This document shows positions 59,323 through 64,000 of a stretch of DNA of 64,000 bases, piece after piece. The stretch is from NCBI RefSeq assembly GCF_003234935.1, contig NZ_QKSB01000007.1, positions 100,272-164,271 of the forward strand. Reading direction: 5' to 3'. The position numbers were made by a program, and so were the translations under genes. Below the pieces are notes generated by a model. The model saw only the letters and a list, made by a program, of their open reading frames with translations, was not told the origin of the DNA and ran no database searches. Every line of letters begins with the position of its first letter. The stretch's first letter is position 1. This DNA comes from Putridiphycobacter roseus. Lineage in GTDB: Bacteria; Bacteroidota; Bacteroidia; Flavobacteriales_D; Crocinitomicaceae.

Positions 59323-60065
59323 TGTGCCATCAACATGTGGTATACAATTTCGGTCAACTTTAATTGTGCATCAAAATGTCCTTTTTGTGCTTCAATGTTG
59401 AGGTAGTCAATTCCGTTAATGCCACAAAAAACCGATAGGGAACCATCATTGACAAATTTGACATTGTCTTGCAAAATTACATTCACATCTGCTGCTTTCA
59501 AATGATGAAAAAAATCGACAGAAGTGGTATACACAAAATCATCTGCATCCCATTTATCACTGACGTGGATGTCGGCTGTGTTCTTTGCTTCTTCTCCTTC
59601 CGGTAGGTAGCTTTTAATGGTGTATTCCACGTCCGTGTTGTTATGCATGGTTACAATGGTTTTAAAGGGCTTAATCAGGCTTAAAATAGTATTGGCTAAT
59701 TTGGCCGCTTCGTTGTTCGCTTTAAAGGCAAATGGTCGCCAAGGTGCAATGGTTTTTCTCCTTCCTTTCTTCGTATAAATTCGATTTGGGTCTATTGAAA
59801 ATTCACGTTTGCCCACATTATAAAACACCCGACGGGTTAATTGGTGATGTAAATAAACAAAATTAATGGCGTGTCCTTGTCCAAATGCCTTACTCACCTC
59901 AATACTCGTTTGTTCGTCTTCGTGCATATTAAAAAACAAGACTTTTGATGCTGGCGCATTAAATGCTTTTACCAACTGAATGGTGGAATCGCCAAGGGTA
60001 ATGTTTGAAGTTTGAGTCATAGCAAAAAATGGAAATAATAGAACAAGTAAAAAAGTAATCTTCAT
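59319..60065 (-). CDS. hypothetical secreted protein
   Basis: Start taken at MKITFLLVLLFPFFAMTQT (track ORF extends 18 codons further upstream to 60119); 4-nt overlap with the upstream convergent gene end; no recognisable motif. Confidence 0.6.
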   Translation of the reverse strand: MKITFLLVLLFPFFAMTQTSNITLGDSTIQLVKAFNAPASKVLFFNMHEDEQTSIEVSKAFGQGHAINFVYLHHQLTRRVFYNVGKREFSIDPNRIYTKKGRRKTIAPWRPFAFKANNEAAKLANTILSLIKPFKTIVTMHNNTDVEYTIKSYLPEGEEAKNTADIHVSDKWDADDFVYTTSVDFFHHLKAADVNVILQDNVKFVNDGSLSVFCGINGIDYLNIEAQKGHFDAQLKLTEIVYHMLMAH

Positions 60066-60151
60066 AAATTCACATTGTAAACTCAAAGGTAGCATTTTCA
60101 AATTAATTGTTTTTAACAAGCAAGTTCACTAGTTTTTTTGCGAACTGATGC

Positions 60152-60185
60152 AGTCGAAGGCAAAAAAAAAACCACCCGTCAAAGA
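60152..60185 (-). terminator. rho-independent terminator downstream of ahcY
   Basis: On the minus strand aaccattcgtc-ttt-gacgggtggtt hairpin followed by a T10 run (plus-strand A10 at 60152-60161). Confidence 0.5.
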
Positions 60186-60206
60186 CGAATGGTTTTAAAT
60201 CTATTT

Positions 60207-60255
60207 TCTAGCAGCGCAGCGGTCTAATGTCTAGCATCTAGTAGCGCAGCGGTCT
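60207..60255. repeat. imperfect 19-nt direct repeat (ctagYagcgcagcggtcta) x2, period 30 nt, in the ahcY 3' flank
   Basis: ctagcagcgcagcggtcta at 60207-60225 and ctagtagcgcagcggtcta at 60237-60255; unusually GC-rich for this AT-rich genome. Confidence 0.5.
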
Positions 60256-60260
60256 ATCTA

Positions 60261-61574
60261 TTAATATCTATAGTGCTCTACTTTGTATGGTCCTTCAACA
60301 GGCACATCAATATAGTCAGCTTGCTCTTGAGAAAGAACTTCTAACTCAACACCAATTTTAGCCAAGTGCAAGAATGCTACTTTTTCATCTAAATGTTTAG
60401 GTAACATATATACCTTGTTCTCATATTTATCTGAATCTTTCCATAACTCAATTTGAGCTAAAGTTTGATTTGTAAAAGAGTTAGACATTACAAAAGAAGG
60501 GTGTCCAGTTGCACAACCTAAGTTTACTAAACGTCCTTCCGCTAATAAAATAATTTCGTTTCCGTTACTATTTAATTTGTAAAGATCAACTTGTGGTTTA
60601 ATGTTATCTTTTGAAGCGTTATCTTTTAGGTATTGTACATTGATTTCATTATCAAAGTGACCGATATTACAAACGATTGTTTTATCCTTCATCATTTCGA
60701 AATGTTCTCCTCTAATGATGTCAAAGTTTCCAGTTGTAGTCACTACAATGTTAGCTCTGTCAATACAGTTTTCCATTTTTTTAACTTCAAAACCATCCAT
60801 TGCAGCTTGTAAAGCACAAATTGGATCAATTTCAGTTACAATAACTCTTGCACCAGCACCTCTTAATGAAGCAGCAGAACCTTTTCCAACATCACCGTAA
60901 CCTGCAACAACTGCAACTTTACCAGCCATCATTGTATCAGTAGCTCTTCTAATTGCATCAACTAAAGATTCTTTACAACCGTATTTGTTATCAAATTTAG
61001 ACTTAGTTACAGAATCGTTCACGTTAATTGCTGGCATTACCAACGTTCCGTTTTTCATTCTTTCGTATAATCTATGTACACCAGTAGTAGTTTCTTCTGA
61101 TAAACCTTTAATGTCTTTACACAATTCAGGATATTTATCAAACACCATGTTGGTTAAATCTCCACCATCATCTAAAATCATATTCAATGGTTTACCACCT
61201 TCAAAACCTTTAATGGTTTGGTCGATACACCAATCAAACTCTTCGTCAGATAAACCTTTCCAAGCAAAAACAGGAACTCCTGTTGCAGCAATAGCAGCAG
61301 CGGCTTGATCTTGAGTTGAAAAAATATTACAAGAAGACCAAGTAACTTCAGCACCTAATGCTGTTAAAGTTTCAATTAAAACAGCAGTTTGAATGGTCAT
61401 GTGTAAACATCCAGCAATTCTTGCTCCTTTTAAAGGTTGCTCCTCCTTGTATTCTTCTCTTAAAGACATTAAACCTGGCATTTCTGCTTCAGCTAATATA
61501 ATCTCTTTTCTTCCCCACGCCGCAAGGCTAATATCCTTAACTTTGTATTTTAATTTTTCTTGTGTATTACTCAT
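60261..61574 (-). CDS. ahcY: adenosylhomocysteinase
   Basis: 437 aa; NAD-binding [10 protein letters not shown] and C-terminal ...[12 protein letters not shown] typical of SAH hydrolase. Confidence 0.95.
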   Translation of the reverse strand: MSNTQEKLKYKVKDISLAAWGRKEIILAEAEMPGLMSLREEYKEEQPLKGARIAGCLHMTIQTAVLIETLTALGAEVTWSSCNIFSTQDQAAAAIAATGVPVFAWKGLSDEEFDWCIDQTIKGFEGGKPLNMILDDGGDLTNMVFDKYPELCKDIKGLSEETTTGVHRLYERMKNGTLVMPAINVNDSVTKSKFDNKYGCKESLVDAIRRATDTMMAGKVAVVAGYGDVGKGSAASLRGAGARVIVTEIDPICALQAAMDGFEVKKMENCIDRANIVVTTTGNFDIIRGEHFEMMKDKTIVCNIGHFDNEINVQYLKDNASKDNIKPQVDLYKLNSNGNEIILLAEGRLVNLGCATGHPSFVMSNSFTNQTLAQIELWKDSDKYENKVYMLPKHLDEKVAFLHLAKIGVELEVLSQEQADYIDVPVEGPYKVEHYRY

Positions 61575-61644
61575 TGTATATAAAATTTCTTATAATTACG
61601 GTGCAAAAGTACGAAACTACTTTCAAATAAAAGAATAATTTATT

Positions 61645-62268
61645 TTGAAATATTGGATTGAAGATATTGTTGAAACAGCCTTTGTGCACATTAAACTACT
61701 ACATTACAACCCTAGTTTAATGCATAACTTGGATATGGAATTGCTTTCTGAAACAGAAAAAGCGACTTGTATGGCCTATGGCTCAGAAAAAAGAAGACTT
61801 GAATTTTATTACACACGTAAATTGTGGCGAGAATTTGGAGATGGTGAAAAAGTAAAATATAGTAAAAGTGGTAAACCCATTATTGATAATGGTTATTTGA
61901 GTATTTCTCATTCGCACAATTGTATCGCCATTGCTTACTCTGCTCAATATGAACTTGGCTTGGATATTGAGCCAGTTTCTGAAAAAATAAATAAAGTACG
62001 GCATAAATTCTTACACCCAAAAGAGACTTTTATCGATCTAAAAAACTTGACCAAAGCCTGGTGTATAAAAGAGGCGGTTTATAAATTAATGGACATGGAT
62101 GATGTCTTTTTTATGGACAATATTTATTTGGATTCCGTGCAAAACGATCAATTTGCAATTATAGACATAGCAGGGATTGAAATTAAACCGCAATTTAAAA
62201 TAATGGAGTTAAAAAATGACATGATGTTGGCTTGGGCTTTTCACCCACATCCGGAGCTTAAAATATAA
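61645..62268 (+). CDS. 4'-phosphopantetheinyl transferase (Sfp/AcpT-type)
   Basis: 207 aa; PPTase motifs SGKPII, LSISHSHN, LGLDIEPV, WCIKEAVYKL. Confidence 0.8.
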   Translation: MKYWIEDIVETAFVHIKLLHYNPSLMHNLDMELLSETEKATCMAYGSEKRRLEFYYTRKLWREFGDGEKVKYSKSGKPIIDNGYLSISHSHNCIAIAYSAQYELGLDIEPVSEKINKVRHKFLHPKETFIDLKNLTKAWCIKEAVYKLMDMDDVFFMDNIYLDSVQNDQFAIIDIAGIEIKPQFKIMELKNDMMLAWAFHPHPELKI

Positions 62269-62890
62269 TTTTTCTAGCCTTAGGCATAATCAATTCATTT
62301 AAAATAGCCATTTTGCTATTGAATGCTTCTCCGAATATTAAATGTTGACATTTGGTTAAACTTTCTGAAATTCTTGCAATGTCTGTATGAAACTCTTTTC
62401 GGATAATAAAATCAGCATCATGTACACAGAATGTTTGTATTTTATTGAGGTTGATGGAATTTAAGAAATACAACTTACTCAAACGCTTAGGTGTTGCAAT
62501 TACTATGTCAACGCCGTAATAAATCTCATCTTTTTGGTGTTCGATTAATTTTTGCTCGTAAGCACAATAGGTCCTAATATCTGAATTGTATTTGGTGATT
62601 TTCACAATTTTTTCTTCCAAGGCTAAAGCTGCTTCTTTATCTTTTACCAAAATTAGCGCACGTGGCGCATCTTCAAAAGCTTCAAAATTTAATTTATGCA
62701 ATATGGCAAGCAGCATGGTGGTTGTTTTACCGCAACCTTTTGGCCCAATTGCAAATAAGTCAGCTCCTTGTTTAATGATAGGTAAGGTTTTAGCTTGAAA
62801 CTCATTTGGTGCAGTAATGCCATCTTCCGCTAAAATTGCAAGTAATTCAGGATTTATTTTTTTAAAGGACATGGTAAAAATATTTTTCAC
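62258..62890 (-). CDS. stand-alone, degenerate DEAD-box-helicase N-terminal (RecA-like domain 1) protein
   Basis: 210 aa; Q-motif-like EFQAKTLPII, Walker A variant GPKGCGKTTT, motif Ib-like IATPKRL, DEAD replaced by VHDAD; no second helicase domain encoded. Confidence 0.55.
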   Translation of the reverse strand: MKNIFTMSFKKINPELLAILAEDGITAPNEFQAKTLPIIKQGADLFAIGPKGCGKTTTMLLAILHKLNFEAFEDAPRALILVKDKEAALALEEKIVKITKYNSDIRTYCAYEQKLIEHQKDEIYYGVDIVIATPKRLSKLYFLNSINLNKIQTFCVHDADFIIRKEFHTDIARISESLTKCQHLIFGEAFNSKMAILNELIMPKARKIIF

Positions 62891-62981
62891 TACAAAGGTA
62901 TCATTCTATTGATAAACTCGCTTTCATTTGGGCACTCTTGTTTCATATTTTGAAATAAAAATATGATTATATTTACTGCCA

Positions 62982-63713
62982 ATGAATTCAATTCAACAAA
63001 AACTAAAAGACGGTAAAAGAAAAATTGCTATTTTAATTGATCCAGAAAAAATGCATTCGGAGGTGCGGTTAGTGCCTTTGTTGAAAAAAATAAACCTGTT
63101 AAAGCCTGACTTTATTTTTGTTGGGGGATCGACGGTTACAGCTCAGGAAATTAATACCTGTATTGCAATTATTAAGGCGCTTACCACTATTCCAGTAGTA
63201 ATTTTTCCTGGAGCGCAAACGCAAGTTTGTCCAAATGCAGATGCCATTTTGTTTCTTTCTTTAATTTCAGGTAGAAATCCTGATTATTTAATAGGGCACC
63301 AAGTAAAGTCTGCACATTTAATTAAGGAAATGAAATTAACCCCAATTCCTACAGGATATATTTTAATTGATGGTGAAAAAAATTCATCTGTAGCTTATGT
63401 GAGCCAAACTACCCCGATACCAAACGACCAAATATCTATTGCAGTTAAAACAGCTATTGCAGGACAAATGTTAGGATTAAGTACCATTTTTATGGATGCT
63501 GGCTCGGGAGCTAAACGCGCTATTAATGCAGAAATGATTGCTGCTGTTAAATCAAATATTACAATCCCGTTAATTATTGGGGGTGGTATACGGACTATTG
63601 ATGGGGTTGATGCTGCTTTTGAAGCAGGAGCAGACGTGGTAGTCATTGGAAATAAGGTGGAAGAAGATATGGATTTTTTGCTGGATTTAAAAAATTGCTT
63701 ATACCAAAAATAA
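62982..63713 (+). CDS. geranylgeranylglyceryl-phosphate synthase family protein (PcrB/GGGPS homolog)
   Basis: 243 aa TIM-barrel protein; IFVGGSTVT, FMDAGSGA and C-terminal IIGGGIRT...GADVVVIGN match the GGGPS/PcrB phosphate-binding motifs. Confidence 0.8.
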   Translation: MNSIQQKLKDGKRKIAILIDPEKMHSEVRLVPLLKKINLLKPDFIFVGGSTVTAQEINTCIAIIKALTTIPVVIFPGAQTQVCPNADAILFLSLISGRNPDYLIGHQVKSAHLIKEMKLTPIPTGYILIDGEKNSSVAYVSQTTPIPNDQISIAVKTAIAGQMLGLSTIFMDAGSGAKRAINAEMIAAVKSNITIPLIIGGGIRTIDGVDAAFEAGADVVVIGNKVEEDMDFLLDLKNCLYQK

Positions 63714-63745
63714 AAAACCCCTGAATAAATTCAAGGGTCTTTTTA
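63712..63745. terminator. bidirectional terminator between GGGPS-like gene (+) and small HSP gene (-)
   Basis: aaaaaCCCCTGAataaatTCAAGGGtcttttt: hairpin flanked by A5 and T5. Confidence 0.5.
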
Positions 63746-63775
63746 CACTATTTATAAAATGAAGAAGTTCGTTTG

Positions 63776-64000
63776 TTAGTTAATTGCTATTTCTCTTGCT
63801 GGTTTTGGTTTTGCTTCTTCTTTTTTTGCAATGTTGATGGTTAAAATACCATCAAAATAATTTGCAGTTATACTTTCCGTATCTACGGATTCAGGTAAGT
63901 TAAAGTCTCGTTTAAAAGAGGAAAAACTAAACTCTTTTCTAGTATATTTATCCTGATTTTCTTCTTTTTTCTCTTCTACTTCTGCAGATACGCTTAATAT
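63776..64000 (-). CDS. small heat-shock protein (Hsp20/alpha-crystallin family), C-terminal part; N-terminus beyond window end
   Basis: Minus-strand translation ends ...FKRDFNLPESVDTESITANYFDGILTINIAKKEEAKPKPAREIAIN*, the conserved Hsp20 C-terminal beta-strands and IXI-like tail. Confidence 0.75.
   Translation of the reverse strand: MLSVSAEVEEKKEENQDKYTRKEFSFSSFKRDFNLPESVDTESITANYFDGILTINIAKKEEAKPKPAREIAIN

Noticed and set aside
1-64000. Search for CRISPR arrays, tRNA/rRNA genes, transposases, integrases or phage genes
   Set aside because: No regularly spaced direct repeats with unique spacers, no cloverleaf-capable GC-rich 70-90 nt segments in intergenic regions, and no ORF with DDE/tyrosine-recombinase or phage structural motifs were found. 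The window appears to be core chromosome with accessory surface-protein genes.

Overview
This 64 kb window reads as a low-GC Bacteroidota (Flavobacteriia-like) chromosomal segment. I see no transposase, integrase, CRISPR array or rRNA/tRNA gene. Most of the window is conserved housekeeping: gatA (partial), tatA, mfd, glmS, panC, metK, an NfeD/flotillin pair, rnc-fabF-acpP, hutI, pdxA, ribE, ftsE, holB, a PSP1/RicT homologue, ahcY, a 4'-phosphopantetheinyl transferase and a GGGP-synthase homologue. Interleaved are gliding-lifestyle accessory genes. Five proteins carry C-terminal T9SS sorting domains: two tandem LRR paralogs, a 313-aa protein, an 869-aa type-B (CHU_C-like) protein and a 1024-aa protein. 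There is also a putative GldH lipoprotein, an LVIVD-repeat lipoprotein, and an OmpA-family protein with a PTP-like N-domain. Several regulatory modules are present: a LytTR response regulator with two tandem propeller/Y_Y_Y LytS-type sensor kinases whose ~750 nt 3' ends are almost identical; two tandem orphan HisKA_2 membrane kinases; and an ECF sigma factor with an overlapping membrane anti-sigma-like gene. I could not identify a canonical defence system. The most unusual items are: apparent gene conversion between the tandem sensor kinases; module shuffling among the LRR/T9SS cargo genes; the Cys-rich and disordered-tail RicT with an overlapping putative gldH; a PTP-like P-loop lacking its arginine fused to tandem OmpA domains; an ECF sigma without a canonical start codon; and a degenerate single-domain DEAD-box-like protein. 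All calls rest on reading the translated ORFs and motif recognition from memory. No database search was run.
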